Shown one piece after another: positions 18,039 to 27,885 of a stretch of DNA of 64,000 nt (position 1 is the stretch's first letter; each line of letters opens with the position of its first letter). Below the pieces are notes generated by a model. It saw nothing but the letters and a program-made list of their open reading frames with translations. It did not search any database and had not been told where the DNA came from. Source of the DNA: Candidatus Aminicenantes bacterium (GTDB taxonomy: Bacteria; Acidobacteriota; Aminicenantia; Aminicenantales; JAFGBC01). Where the stretch lies: assembly GCA_963702005.1 (NCBI GenBank), contig OY969696.1:2464001-2528000 (forward strand), in the 5' to 3' direction. A program made the position numbers and the translations under genes.

Positions 18039-20129
18039 TCAGCCCTTGAGATTCAGCCCGTAGCTGGCGCTGATATCCAGCGGGGGCATCGGTCCGTTCA
18101 CGGGCTTGCCGTCCTTTAAGTACCAATCGAACCACTCGAGCTGCCGGTAGAGGACGTCGATTCGCCCCGGCTGCCGCGCGTTCCCGTGTCCTTCGCCCGG
18201 GTACTGGACCAGCCTGACCGCGGGATGGTTGTTCATCTTCAGGACCCGGTAGTATTCAAAGCTCTGGGAGGGAGGGACGCGGGTGTCGGCCGCGCCGCCC
18301 AGGATGAGGACCGCCGTCTTGCTCTGGTGGGCCCAATAGATCGGACTCCGCTTCCGGTTCTGGTCCCACATTTTTTCGAGCGGCTGTCCGGAGTGGACGT
18401 AGAGCTCCTCGTAGGGGATATCGGTCGTCAGGCGCTTCGAGACGAGGTCGCTGATGCCGACGAACATGGCGACGGCCTTGACCAGCCGCGTGTAGTAGGA
18501 CGAGAACCAGGCCGCGGCGAATCCGCCGTAAGAGCCGCCGGCCAGGCCGACCCGGTCCTTGTCGGCCAACCCGGCCTTGGTCAAGCTCTCGATGCCGTCC
18601 GCGATGTCGTCGAATTCCTTGCCGGCCGGGTCCTGGTAGCCGGCGGCCGCGAACTCGAGGCCGTAACCCGTGCTCGCCCGGTAGTTGGGATAGAAGACAA
18701 GGTAGCCTTTGGCGGCGAGGGCCTGCCCCGGCTCGGAGTAACGGGTGACCCAGCCGTTCGAATAATTCGATTCGGGCCCGCCGTGGACGATGACGACGAG
18801 CGGATAGCGCTTCCCGGATTCATACCCCAGGGGATAAATGAGCAGGCCTTCCACGTCCCAGCCATCGCGGGCTTTATAGCGGTAGATGTCCTGCTTCCCG
18901 AACTGTCTCTCGGAAAGCCAGGGGTTGAGGGTCGTCAGACGGCGCATCTCCTTGCCGGGTTCCCAGGCATAAAGATCGCCCGGGATCTGGGGCGTCTGGG
19001 CCGTGAGGGCGAATGCTTTGAAATCGGCCGTATAGCTGGGCGCTCCGAAGATCAAGCCCGAATCCTTGGCGGCAAGGAGGACCTTGCGTTCGCCGCCCGC
19101 AGCGGGGATTTCGCTCAACGTGGGCCAAACGCCCTCGGCGGCCAAATAGACGAGGGTCTTGTCGTCTTTCCAGCCGACCCACGAAATGTGGCCGCGGAAT
19201 TTGGGCGGGGTCAGGTTCGACGCCTGTCCTCCCCGGGCCGGGATGACGAAGGCCTGGCTGGCGGCGTGATCCTTGCGATCGAAGCTGGCGGCGTAGGCGA
19301 TCCGGCTGCCGTCGGGGCTGAAGGCGAAATTGCCGAGCTTGCCGGAGTTGTCGCTGACTTTGGTTAGCGTCTTTGTCGCCAGGTCGAGGATGTGAATCCG
19401 CTGAAACATGTAGCTGTCGTCGATGAGGTTTCGGGGCGAGACGGCGGCCGCGATCGTCTTGCCGTCAGGGCTGAATTCGAAGCTCCAGACTGTGACCCCG
19501 TCCGTGAGCTGCTCGGGCTTGGAGCCGGGCTCGAGAGAGGTCAGATAAAGGTTGCGATGCTTGAGGTTTTCTTCGTAGAAGATGAATCCGTAGCCTTTTT
19601 TCTCGAGCTCCTCCTCCCTCGTGGTGGCCGGAGTCTGGGCGATGTAGGCGATCGTGCGGCCGGAGGGATGCCAGCTGAAATCGAGGACGGGAGTCGGTGC
19701 GGAGGTAACTGCGGAAGCCTCGCCGCCGTCGACGGGCATGGTCCACACCTGGGTCAAAGCCTTTTCGCCCCGCGCCATCAGGAAGGCGAGGCGGTCGCCG
19801 TCCGGGCTCCAATGGGGGGAGGAGACATTGACCTTGCCGATGATGAACGGCCGGGCCTCTCCGGTCGCGAATGAAGCAACGTAAAGCTCGTTGAAAGGTC
19901 CTCCGGGCGCCTCTTCGGCCTCGCGGGGCACGCTGACGAGATAGGCGATCCAGCGTCCGTCTGGACTGATCTCGGCCCTTGAGCAGGTCTTGATCCGGAG
20001 GACGTCGGCGGGATCAAGGGGTTTGGCGGATTGCTGGGCGGCCAGGCCGACCGTTAAGATCGAGATGGCAACGCCGATTCGGAAGGCGATTCGACGAAAC
20101 GCGAATGGATTGGTCCGGACGGGATTCAT
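18039..20129 (-). CDS. Exported S9 family peptidase
   Basis: SPDG beta-propeller repeats; VHGGP, GGSYGG nucleophile, DTRVP, EGHG. Confidence 0.92.
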   Translation of the reverse strand: MNPVRTNPFAFRRIAFRIGVAISILTVGLAAQQSAKPLDPADVLRIKTCSRAEISPDGRWIAYLVSVPREAEEAPGGPFNELYVASFATGEARPFIIGKVNVSSPHWSPDGDRLAFLMARGEKALTQVWTMPVDGGEASAVTSAPTPVLDFSWHPSGRTIAYIAQTPATTREEELEKKGYGFIFYEENLKHRNLYLTSLEPGSKPEQLTDGVTVWSFEFSPDGKTIAAAVSPRNLIDDSYMFQRIHILDLATKTLTKVSDNSGKLGNFAFSPDGSRIAYAASFDRKDHAASQAFVIPARGGQASNLTPPKFRGHISWVGWKDDKTLVYLAAEGVWPTLSEIPAAGGERKVLLAAKDSGLIFGAPSYTADFKAFALTAQTPQIPGDLYAWEPGKEMRRLTTLNPWLSERQFGKQDIYRYKARDGWDVEGLLIYPLGYESGKRYPLVVIVHGGPESNYSNGWVTRYSEPGQALAAKGYLVFYPNYRASTGYGLEFAAAGYQDPAGKEFDDIADGIESLTKAGLADKDRVGLAGGSYGGFAAAWFSSYYTRLVKAVAMFVGISDLVSKRLTTDIPYEELYVHSGQPLEKMWDQNRKRSPIYWAHQSKTAVLILGGAADTRVPPSQSFEYYRVLKMNNHPAVRLVQYPGEGHGNARQPGRIDVLYRQLEWFDWYLKDGKPVNGPMPPLDISASYGLNLKG

Positions 20130-20233
20130 GGGTCCTCCTCCAAATGTTTTTCGATGGGATGCACGGGGCTATTCTATCCGCAATCGGCCCGATCGACAAT
20201 GTCGGCAGCGATGCTTCGCCGATTCGTCTTGGT

Positions 20234-20312
20234 CCGTTCGCCGACGCTACCCCGCCTTGCAGCACTCATACTAAGCCGGAAACGGCTTAGTATGGGTGTC
20301 GAGGGGTTGACT
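20234..20312 (+). repeat. Modular hairpin repeat, copy 2 (long hairpin form)
   Basis: ccgttcgccgacgctaccccgccttgcagcactcatactaagccg-gaaa-cggcttagtatgggtgtcgaggggttgact. Confidence 0.8.
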
Positions 20313-20396
20313 TCGTCCGCCGCGCGAATTACTCTCTTAGTGCCGGGAGTCGATGGAAACGGAAAATTCGCAGGGGCCGAGAGAAAGGGGAAGATC

Positions 20397-20732
20397 GTGA
20401 AAAAATTCCTCTGGCTGATCATTATCGTCGTGGTCGGGTTTATCGCCTATACGAAGTTTATGCGCCCGGTATCGGACGAGGAGAGGAACGTCATGGCCAT
20501 GGAGGATCGCTACGAGACGGCCCGGAACCGTTATCTCTCCGTCTCCCGCCAGTTGGCGATGCCGGGCGAGGTCGCCATCGCCGACCCGGAGGCGGCCGTT
20601 CAGAGACTCAAGGACGTCAAAGCCGCTTTCGACAGCTTGTATGAATCGTTGACGGAAAAAGCCGCCATCGCCAGGGCCGACAAACTCCAGGCTAAGATCG
20701 AGGAATTCTTCGAAAAAAACGAAATCAAATGA
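20397..20732 (+). CDS. Hypothetical membrane-anchored helical protein
   Basis: GTG start after purine-rich SD; MKKFLWLIIIVVVG anchor; ATGA overlap with the next gene. Confidence 0.7.
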   Translation: MKKFLWLIIIVVVGFIAYTKFMRPVSDEERNVMAMEDRYETARNRYLSVSRQLAMPGEVAIADPEAAVQRLKDVKAAFDSLYESLTEKAAIARADKLQAKIEEFFEKNEIK

Positions 20733-21751
20733 TTACCTCGAGCCTCCAGGAGCGCGCCCTCCGGGCCCATGAACGGGGGAAGCGCCTGGTGGCCCCGATG
20801 ATGGGATTTCCCGGCGTCGAACTGGTCGGCAGCAACATCAAACTGGCCCAGCAGAATTTCGGCGAACATTTCCGGGCCGTCAAGTGCTTGGCCGACCGCT
20901 TCGGGCCGGACCTCATATTCCCGCTCATGGACCTGTCGGTCGAAGCCAACGCCCTCGGCCGTACGACGGTCTTCCCCAAGGATAACTCGGCGACCGTGGT
21001 CCGCGATCCTTTCCGTTTCGAGGAGATGGACGCGCTCAAGGAAATCAACATCGCCTTCGACGGCCGGATTCTCGGCTACGTCGAGACCATGAAGATGATG
21101 AGCGTGGGGCTGCCCAAGACCATGCTCAAGGGCGCCTATCTGATCGGGCCCTACACGCTGGCCGCGCTCATCCTGGGCGCCGACGACGCGGCCGTCGCCT
21201 CGATCGAGAACCCCGGGCGGCTCCACGAGCTGTGCGATTTCGCGGCGGAGACGATCCAGGAATACGGCCGTCTCTTGATCTCGGCCGGGGCGGACGTCAT
21301 TGCCGTCCTGGAGCCGAGCGCCGTCATGCTCGGGCCCCGCCAATTCGGGGAATTCTCCGCCGCCTACGTCAAAGACATCAGCGCCGGTTTCAAATACAGC
21401 GACGTCGCCGTCATCTACCATATCTGCGGGAACACCATGCACCTGCTGGGCCGGATGGCGGAGTCCGGGGCGGTCGGCCTCAGCCTGGACGCGCCCGAGA
21501 CCGGCGTCGAGCTGGCCGAAGTCGCCCGCAGGGTCCCCGAGGACATCCTGATCCTCGGCAACATCAGCCCGACTTCGGTCATGCTCCACGGAACGCCGGC
21601 CGACGTCGAAAAGGCCGTGGCCATGCTCTTGAAGGACATGAGCGGTGTTCCCAATTTCGTTCTGAGCACGGGCTGCGACCTGCCTCAGGAGACGCCGGCG
21701 GAGAATATCGAGGCCTTCATGAGGGCCGGCCGTTCCCCGGGCGGCCGCTAG
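20729..21751 (+). CDS. Uroporphyrinogen decarboxylase-fold methyltransferase (MtaA/CmuA-like)
   Basis: D.SVEA.ALG, GPYTLA, YHICG, GNISP, LSTGCD zinc-type ligands. Confidence 0.8.
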   Translation: MITSSLQERALRAHERGKRLVAPMMGFPGVELVGSNIKLAQQNFGEHFRAVKCLADRFGPDLIFPLMDLSVEANALGRTTVFPKDNSATVVRDPFRFEEMDALKEINIAFDGRILGYVETMKMMSVGLPKTMLKGAYLIGPYTLAALILGADDAAVASIENPGRLHELCDFAAETIQEYGRLLISAGADVIAVLEPSAVMLGPRQFGEFSAAYVKDISAGFKYSDVAVIYHICGNTMHLLGRMAESGAVGLSLDAPETGVELAEVARRVPEDILILGNISPTSVMLHGTPADVEKAVAMLLKDMSGVPNFVLSTGCDLPQETPAENIEAFMRAGRSPGGR

Positions 21752-21771
21752 ATTGAATGCCGGCTCCGGCC

Positions 21772-22905
21772 TCAGCGGATCTTTTGGGCCACGGTCATCA
21801 GGACGAGCGAGCGGCGGGGAAACCAGTATCCGAAGCGGTAGAGGAGTTTCATCAGCCGGCTGTTGGCCATCTTGTTGCCCTGCCGCTGGAGATAGTCCTC
21901 TTTCCACCACTGGTTGGACTTGGTCACGAGCTCGATGTAAATCCCTCTGGTCCTGACGGGCTTGAATCCGCCCGCGGGAAGGAGGTCCCGGTTCAGCTCC
22001 CGGAAGGAGAACTCCCGGAGGTGGTCGGGGCTGAAGGGCCAGCTCTCCCTGTTGATCCGGTTGATGCGCCGCCCTTTGTTGGGCGTCGTCACGACCAGGA
22101 CGCCGCCCTTCTTGAGAACCCGATTCCATTCGGCGACGGCCTGCTCGGGATGGGGGAGATGTTCCAGGATCTCGCCGGCGAACAGGGCGTCGAAGCTCTT
22201 GGAGCGGAAGGGAAGCCGGGCGGCGTCGAAGACGAGCCATTCGATCGAGGGAACGGCTTCCTTCCTTTGTTTCATCCGCCCGAAGACGAGGTCGCCCGCG
22301 AAGATCCTGAAGCTCCACTGGGGTTGAATTTCGGTAAAGAGGGAGAGTCCGCACCCCACGTCCAGAACCCGGCCTTTGAAATATTTCTCGAAATAGCCCT
22401 TGAGCTTCTTGAGCTTGAACTTGTGCATGAGGTCGAGGAAGGGGAGGGGCGGCGCGTAACCTTCGGTCCGGAAATGGCGGTCGTAGAAATCCTTGAGGAC
22501 CTGATGGTCGTCGATCTTGATCAGGATCCGCTTCAGATAGATGAGCTTGGACTCGGCCCAGCCGGCCAGCCGGCAGTCCTGGAGCGGGTCCAAACGGTAG
22601 CCGGGATTGACCCAACAGTCGTCGGGAGCGACGGGCCGGCCGTCGGCGACGGCCTTCAGCGAATCCCGGCCGATGGGGTTGAAGTCGAAGTCGACCTCGA
22701 GGACGTGGCCTCCGTTCCCGAGCTTGAAGCTCCACCAGCCGAGGTGGTTCTCGGGATGGTTCTGGGGCTGGAAGGCGTAGATGTCGAGGCAGATGAGGAG
22801 CCCCTCGGGGCCGTTCAGAAAGACGTCGAACGCGGCGCGCCCGCGGAGATTCTCGAATGAAAGCTCCTTGGAGCGGGGCCGGATCTCGACCCGGGGCGTT
22901 TTCAT
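21772..22905 (-). CDS. Class I SAM-dependent methyltransferase with unknown N-terminal domain
   Basis: VLDVGCG, DA..LPF...SFD, EILEHL, RVLKKGG.L..TTPN. Confidence 0.8.
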   Translation of the reverse strand: MKTPRVEIRPRSKELSFENLRGRAAFDVFLNGPEGLLICLDIYAFQPQNHPENHLGWWSFKLGNGGHVLEVDFDFNPIGRDSLKAVADGRPVAPDDCWVNPGYRLDPLQDCRLAGWAESKLIYLKRILIKIDDHQVLKDFYDRHFRTEGYAPPLPFLDLMHKFKLKKLKGYFEKYFKGRVLDVGCGLSLFTEIQPQWSFRIFAGDLVFGRMKQRKEAVPSIEWLVFDAARLPFRSKSFDALFAGEILEHLPHPEQAVAEWNRVLKKGGVLVVTTPNKGRRINRINRESWPFSPDHLREFSFRELNRDLLPAGGFKPVRTRGIYIELVTKSNQWWKEDYLQRQGNKMANSRLMKLLYRFGYWFPRRSLVLMTVAQKIR

Positions 22906-24575
22906 TTTTTCTCGTAGACGACCGCGCCGCCCAAGATCGTTGTGAGCGCTTCGGTCGTCAGGATCTCCTTGGGCTCGACCCTGAACAGGTCCTTGGACAT
23001 AATGACGAGGTCAGCGAGCTTGCCCGGCTCGAGCGAGCCCTTGATCCCTTCTTCGAAGGAGGCGTAGGCCGCGCCCTTCGTGAACAGGGTGATCGCCTCG
23101 GCCATGGTCAGCTTCTGCTCCGGGAACCAGCCTCCTTCCGGGACGTCGAACTCGATGCTCTTGCGGGTCACGGCCGAGTATAATCCCCGCATCGGGTCGA
23201 GCGGCTCGACCGGCCAGTCCGAGCCGAAGGCGATCCGGGCGCCGGCGTCGAGGAGGGTTCGCCAGGCATAGGCGTACTTGGACCGCTCGAGCCCGATCCG
23301 CCGTTCGCAGAAGCGCATGTCGGTCGTGCAGTGGGTGGGCTGCATCGAGGCGATAACGCCCAGCGCCTTGAACCGCGCGAAATCGGACGGTGCGATGACC
23401 TGGGCATGTTCGATCCAATGGCGCAGGTCCTTCATCCCGAAGCTCAGCTCGGCCTTCTCGACCGCGTTCAGGACCCAGTTGACGCCCTTGTCGCCGATGG
23501 CGTGGGTTCCGGTCTGGTAGCCGTTCTCATGGGCTTTGGCGATCAGGGCCGCGAATTTCTCCTCGGGATATTGGGGGAGGCCCGTCTTCCCGGGCTCGTC
23601 GGCGAAGGGCGCGAACAGTAAGGCGGTCCCCGAACCCAGCGTTCCGTCGATGAACAGCTTAAGGAATCCGACCCGGACGAGGTCGTCGCCCTGTCCCCGG
23701 CGGATGCCTTTGGCGATGTAGCTGTCCAGGCCCTCGACGGGGAGCCAGGCATAGACCCTGAGGGTCATCTTTCCCTGGTCCCTCAGCTTCTTGTAGAGGC
23801 CGAGCTCGGCGTACGAGGCCGAGGTGTGGACGCCGGTCAGGCCGAGCTTGGCCGCGTGCTCGAGCGCGCGCAGAATGTCCTCCTCGAGCGTGGATTTGAC
23901 GGCGGTCCGTTTGACCTTAATCAGGGATGTCGCGACCTCGGTCAGAATGCCGGTCGGCTCGCCCGTCTTGGCGTCCTTGAGAATTTCGCCGCCGAACGGG
24001 TTGGCGGTGTCCTTGCTGATGCCCGATTGGGTCAGGGCCAGGCTGTTGACCCAGATCGAATGGCCGTCGACGCGCTCGATGACAACAGGATTGGCGGGCG
24101 ACACTTTATCCAGGTCGGCCTTGGACGGCCAGAGGCCGCCCGGAAACAGGGAGTGGTCGTACTCGACGCCGAAAACGGAAGCCCCGGGCGGAAGCTCCTT
24201 GATCTTGGCCGCGATCATCTCTTGGACTTTTTCGACGGAGCGGACGCCGCGGAAGCTGAGCGAGATCAGGGATCGGCCTCCCGAGCTGAAATGGGTGTGG
24301 GCGTCGATCAGTCCCGGGATGACCAGGCGCCCCGCGGCGTCGATGACCCGCGTTCCGGGGCCGATCCAGGCGGCGATATCTTCGTCCGTGCCGACCGCGG
24401 CGATTTTACCGTCCTTGGCGGCGAGGGCTTCGGCCCAGGGCTTGGCGTCCCAGGCGGTGAAGATCTTAGCGTTGCGGACGACGAGGTCGCCCTTGTCTTG
24501 GCCGGGCGCGGACGAGGCGGAGCCGATTGTTGAAAATAAAAGGAAAGCTGCGGCGAGCGCGATTGGTTTTTTCAT
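22902..24575 (-). CDS. Exported amidohydrolase 3 (YtcJ-like)
   Basis: PGLIDAHTH, KLFIDG, HAIGD, IEHAQ, ASMQP, FGSDWPV, GKLAD. Confidence 0.9.
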   Translation of the reverse strand: MKKPIALAAAFLLFSTIGSASSAPGQDKGDLVVRNAKIFTAWDAKPWAEALAAKDGKIAAVGTDEDIAAWIGPGTRVIDAAGRLVIPGLIDAHTHFSSGGRSLISLSFRGVRSVEKVQEMIAAKIKELPPGASVFGVEYDHSLFPGGLWPSKADLDKVSPANPVVIERVDGHSIWVNSLALTQSGISKDTANPFGGEILKDAKTGEPTGILTEVATSLIKVKRTAVKSTLEEDILRALEHAAKLGLTGVHTSASYAELGLYKKLRDQGKMTLRVYAWLPVEGLDSYIAKGIRRGQGDDLVRVGFLKLFIDGTLGSGTALLFAPFADEPGKTGLPQYPEEKFAALIAKAHENGYQTGTHAIGDKGVNWVLNAVEKAELSFGMKDLRHWIEHAQVIAPSDFARFKALGVIASMQPTHCTTDMRFCERRIGLERSKYAYAWRTLLDAGARIAFGSDWPVEPLDPMRGLYSAVTRKSIEFDVPEGGWFPEQKLTMAEAITLFTKGAAYASFEEGIKGSLEPGKLADLVIMSKDLFRVEPKEILTTEALTTILGGAVVYEKK

Positions 24576-24647
24576 GGCGAGGCCATCTTAGCAAAAGCTC
24601 TCGCCCCGGGTCAAAGGCTTGCCGGCTCTATAAAGACCCTTCCAGTT

Positions 24648-24717
24648 AAATGGTGACGCTTATCTGTTTGCCGAATTTCAGCCGGGGAAAAAAGGGACAT
24701 AGATTAGCGTCACGTTT
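24648..24717. repeat. Imperfect REP-like inverted repeat in a divergent intergenic region
   Basis: GTGACGCTTATCTGT ... ATAGATTAGCGTCAC. Confidence 0.5.
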
Positions 24718-24756
24718 GAGGTAAAATGGAAGAGGCTTTGCGACAAGGAGCCTTAT

Positions 24757-25908
24757 ATGGCGCAAGACAAGTTGCTGCTAATCCCGGGTCCGAGCCCGGT
24801 GCTGCCCCGCATCCTGAAGCGGCTGGCCGCTCCCACGGTGTCCCACGTCAGTCCCGAGATGGGAGCCGACCTTAAAGAGGCCGTCGCCAATCTCAAGAAG
24901 ATCGTATTCTGCAAGAGGGGAGAGGCCTTCATCGTGGCCGGCGCGGGGACCCTGGCCATGGAGATGGCGCTTCTCAACACGATCGGCCCGGGGGAGAAAA
25001 TCCTTGTCCTGTCTCAAGGCTATTTCGGGGACAGAATGGCCGACATCGGCCGCGCCTTCGGCTTGAGCGTCGACCTCAGCCAGAGCCGCTGGGGGACGGT
25101 CGTTGCGCCGGATCAGCTCGCCGCCGCTCTCGGCAAAGCTGACTATCGGGCCGTCGTCGTCACCCATGTCGACACCGCGACCGGCTCCTGCGCCCCCATC
25201 GAAGATTACGCGAAGGCCGTCCGTCCGGCTGGAGCCCTGTTCATCGTGGACGGGGTTTGCGCGACGGGAGGCATTCCGGAGCGAATGGACGACTGGGGGA
25301 TCGATGTCGTTTTCACGGCCGCCCAGAAGTGCTTCGGCGCGCCGCCCGGGCTGGCCGTTTTGGTTCTCTCCGAGCGGGCCATGGAGAAGAGAAAAAGCAT
25401 GCCCGCCATCCCGGCCTACTATGCGGACCTTCTGCGTTGGCTTCCGATCATGAACGATCCGGCGAAATATTTCTCGACGCCCTGCGTCAACGAGATCCGG
25501 TCGTTCGCGGAGGGAACTCGGATCATCCTCGAGGAAGGGATCGAGACCCGGTTCCGGCGTCACGCTCTTTTCGCCCGCGCCATCCGGGCCGGCCTTTCGA
25601 TCCTCGGGTTTGCGTTTTTGACCGAACCCTCTTGTCTGGCCGACACGCTTTCCGTCGTCGTTTACCCCGAAGGGATCGAAGATAAGGCCTTCCGCGGCCG
25701 CTACGCGGAGAAGGGAGTCGTCGTAGCGGGAGGCTTGGCCCAGACGGCGGGCAAGGTCTTCCGGATGGGCCATATGGGGAATCTGACCCAAGACCAGCTC
25801 GAATTCGCGCTAGGCGCCCTCGAAGAAACGCTTAGCGACCTCGGCGTTCACCACGAACGGGGCGTCGCCGTTGCCGCAGCTCGCGAAATTCTGGAGGATA
25901 GGCCATGA
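24757..25908 (+). CDS. Class V aminotransferase (alanine-glyoxylate/serine-pyruvate type)
   Basis: LLIPGP, G.GT.AME, HVDTATG, VDG, AQKC.GAPPG, FRMGHMG. Confidence 0.88.
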   Translation: MAQDKLLLIPGPSPVLPRILKRLAAPTVSHVSPEMGADLKEAVANLKKIVFCKRGEAFIVAGAGTLAMEMALLNTIGPGEKILVLSQGYFGDRMADIGRAFGLSVDLSQSRWGTVVAPDQLAAALGKADYRAVVVTHVDTATGSCAPIEDYAKAVRPAGALFIVDGVCATGGIPERMDDWGIDVVFTAAQKCFGAPPGLAVLVLSERAMEKRKSMPAIPAYYADLLRWLPIMNDPAKYFSTPCVNEIRSFAEGTRIILEEGIETRFRRHALFARAIRAGLSILGFAFLTEPSCLADTLSVVVYPEGIEDKAFRGRYAEKGVVVAGGLAQTAGKVFRMGHMGNLTQDQLEFALGALEETLSDLGVHHERGVAVAAAREILEDRP

Positions 25909-26978
25909 AGAGCAGAGTTTATTTTATCCAAGCCCACAGCCGCGAAGACGCCAAGGTCTTGTCGGACAAGGCCGAGAAGGTGTTACTTGCCACCGGTTGG
26001 GCCAAGAAGATCGACGAGGGCGATTTCGTCGCCCTGAAAATCCATTTTGGCGAGAAGAATAACACGGGCTATATCAAGGCGCCCTGGATCAACGGAGTCA
26101 TCCGTCGCGTCAAGGAGCGAACCGAGCACGCCTTCCTGGCCGAGACGAGCACGCTCTACACCGGCTCGCGGTCCAACGCCGTCGATCACATCCGTCTGGC
26201 CTGGAGCCACGGCTTCACCCCCCGGGAGGTCGAAGATCTTCCCATTCTGATCATGGACGGACTCTTGGGAGGGAATTTCGAGGAGGTCAAGGTCAAGGCG
26301 GGAACGCTCCGCTCGGCCAAAATCGCCTCGGGGATCGTCCGTTCCGACGCGCTCCTCTGCCTTAGCCACCTCACCGGTCACGTCCTGAGCGGGGTCGGCG
26401 GCGCCATCAAGAACCTGGGCATGGGCTGCGCCGCTCGGCCCGGCAAGCTCGAGCAGCACGCCGTCCTCCATCCGCGCGTCAACGCCAAATCCTGCCGGAA
26501 CTGCGGCCTGTGCACGGAGTTCTGCCCGGCCGGAGCCATTGTCCAGGCCGAGGGCCACGTCGTCATCGACGACGCCAAATGCATAGGGTGCGGGGAATGC
26601 CTCGTTGCCTGTAAGAAAGGCGCGGTCAAATTCCGCTGGGACGAGGACGCGGCCCGGGTCCAGGAAAAAATGGCCGAGTATGCCCGGGCCGTCCAAACCC
26701 TGTTCAAAGGCAAGATCGCCTTTGTGAACTTCGCCCTCAAGATCACCAAGGACTGCGATTGTATGTCGACAAGCCAGCCTTCTATCGTCGAGGACATTGG
26801 GATTCTGTCCTCGACGGATCCGGTTGCCCTTGATCAAGCTTCAGCCGATATTGTCGTGGAGCGGGCGGGAAAGGACGTTTTCCGGAAGGGCTACGACGTC
26901 GACTGGGCGGCCCAGCTTCGCTACGGCGAGAAGATCGGATTGGGACGGACCGCATACGACCTCGTCGAGCTCGGCTGA
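25905..26978 (+). CDS. DUF362 family protein with 2[4Fe-4S] ferredoxin domain
   Basis: KIHFGE, GGAIKNLGMG, CRNCGLC...CP, CIGCGEC...C, CDC, DPVALD. Confidence 0.88.
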   Translation: MKSRVYFIQAHSREDAKVLSDKAEKVLLATGWAKKIDEGDFVALKIHFGEKNNTGYIKAPWINGVIRRVKERTEHAFLAETSTLYTGSRSNAVDHIRLAWSHGFTPREVEDLPILIMDGLLGGNFEEVKVKAGTLRSAKIASGIVRSDALLCLSHLTGHVLSGVGGAIKNLGMGCAARPGKLEQHAVLHPRVNAKSCRNCGLCTEFCPAGAIVQAEGHVVIDDAKCIGCGECLVACKKGAVKFRWDEDAARVQEKMAEYARAVQTLFKGKIAFVNFALKITKDCDCMSTSQPSIVEDIGILSSTDPVALDQASADIVVERAGKDVFRKGYDVDWAAQLRYGEKIGLGRTAYDLVELG

Positions 26979-27015
26979 AATCGGCCGAACCACATCAACG
27001 TCGTGGCGTCGAAAT

Positions 27016-27357
27016 TCAAGGCCGTTTTTGAATTTTTTGACAAACACCGCAAGAAGGCCGGCTGGGTTTTAATCCCAGGATGAGTTCTTCCTTGCGCCGC
27101 CGGCTTAAGGACTTGACGGCGCATTCCCGTGACAGGGCCAAGGCCCGGTTGCCGCACTCCTCCCGGTAGACTAGAACGACCGGGCGATGAGTTTGGGTAT
27201 AGGCAGATGCCGTGCCTTCCTGATGCTGCCGAAGCCGGCGATCCACATCGGTTGTCACTCCGGTATAGAAGGAGCCGTCGCGGCATTCCAGAATGTAGAG
27301 GGACCAAACGGCCCCCCGGGTTGCGCCCTGCGACGGTTGGTCCGGCTTGGCGCTCAT
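27016..27357 (-). CDS. GIY-YIG nuclease (UPF0213/YhbQ-like)
   Basis: YILECRDGSFYTG.T.D..RRL.QH..G....YT...RPV; start may be 27390. Confidence 0.8.
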   Translation of the reverse strand: MSAKPDQPSQGATRGAVWSLYILECRDGSFYTGVTTDVDRRLRQHQEGTASAYTQTHRPVVLVYREECGNRALALSRECAVKSLSRRRKEELILGLKPSRPSCGVCQKIQKRP

Positions 27358-27497
27358 CCTCCGAAGCATGCGGCGGTAGGGCGGTTTCATTTCGGAACTA
27401 TAGCGCCTGCGGCGCTGCGATGTCAATTGCCGCGCGCGGCTCGGCACCCTTTTGACCGGTCTTGAACGAGGTCGATGCCGAGGCGCGAAAGATAGCT

Positions 27498-27860
27498 TTA
27501 TTCGAGGACCTCTTCGTCCTCGAGGCGCCAGGCCGGGTCCACGATGCAGAGGAAAAGGAGGGGTCCGCTGCCGATATTTTCGATCCACTGGACGGCGCCG
27601 GGCGGAATGTAGACGGCCTGGTGGGCCTTGACCGGGGCCGACTCTTCATCGACGTGCATCCGGCCCGCCCCTTGGAGGATGTAGTAGACTTCCGATGTCC
27701 GCAGGCGGTGCCGTTTGGTCGTCCGTCCCGCCGGCACCATGGCGTGGGCCAAGCTGTAGCGGAGAGCCACAGGTTCTTTGCGGGGATTGAGCAGCTCGCG
27801 GAGCCGGGCGTGATCCCCGGATATAAATTCCGCCGCTTCGGCTAAGTCCTTGATGATCAT
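27498..27860 (-). CDS. Cupin domain protein
   Basis: H.....EVYYILQG.G, YIPPG.....N. Confidence 0.85.
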   Translation of the reverse strand: MIIKDLAEAAEFISGDHARLRELLNPRKEPVALRYSLAHAMVPAGRTTKRHRLRTSEVYYILQGAGRMHVDEESAPVKAHQAVYIPPGAVQWIENIGSGPLLFLCIVDPAWRLEDEEVLE

Positions 27861-27885
27861 CGGCGATGCGCGTGAGAGGAAGCCA

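Noticed and set aside
20154-20396. Repeat as an in-frame protein insert (Rickettsia RPE-like), since three ORFs share the peptide SM(G/S)V(E/D)GL
   Set aside because: The likely real start is GTG 20397, downstream of the repeat; the other two ORFs are remnants; and copy 1 differs from the others by 35 and 50 nt, which does not preserve frame.
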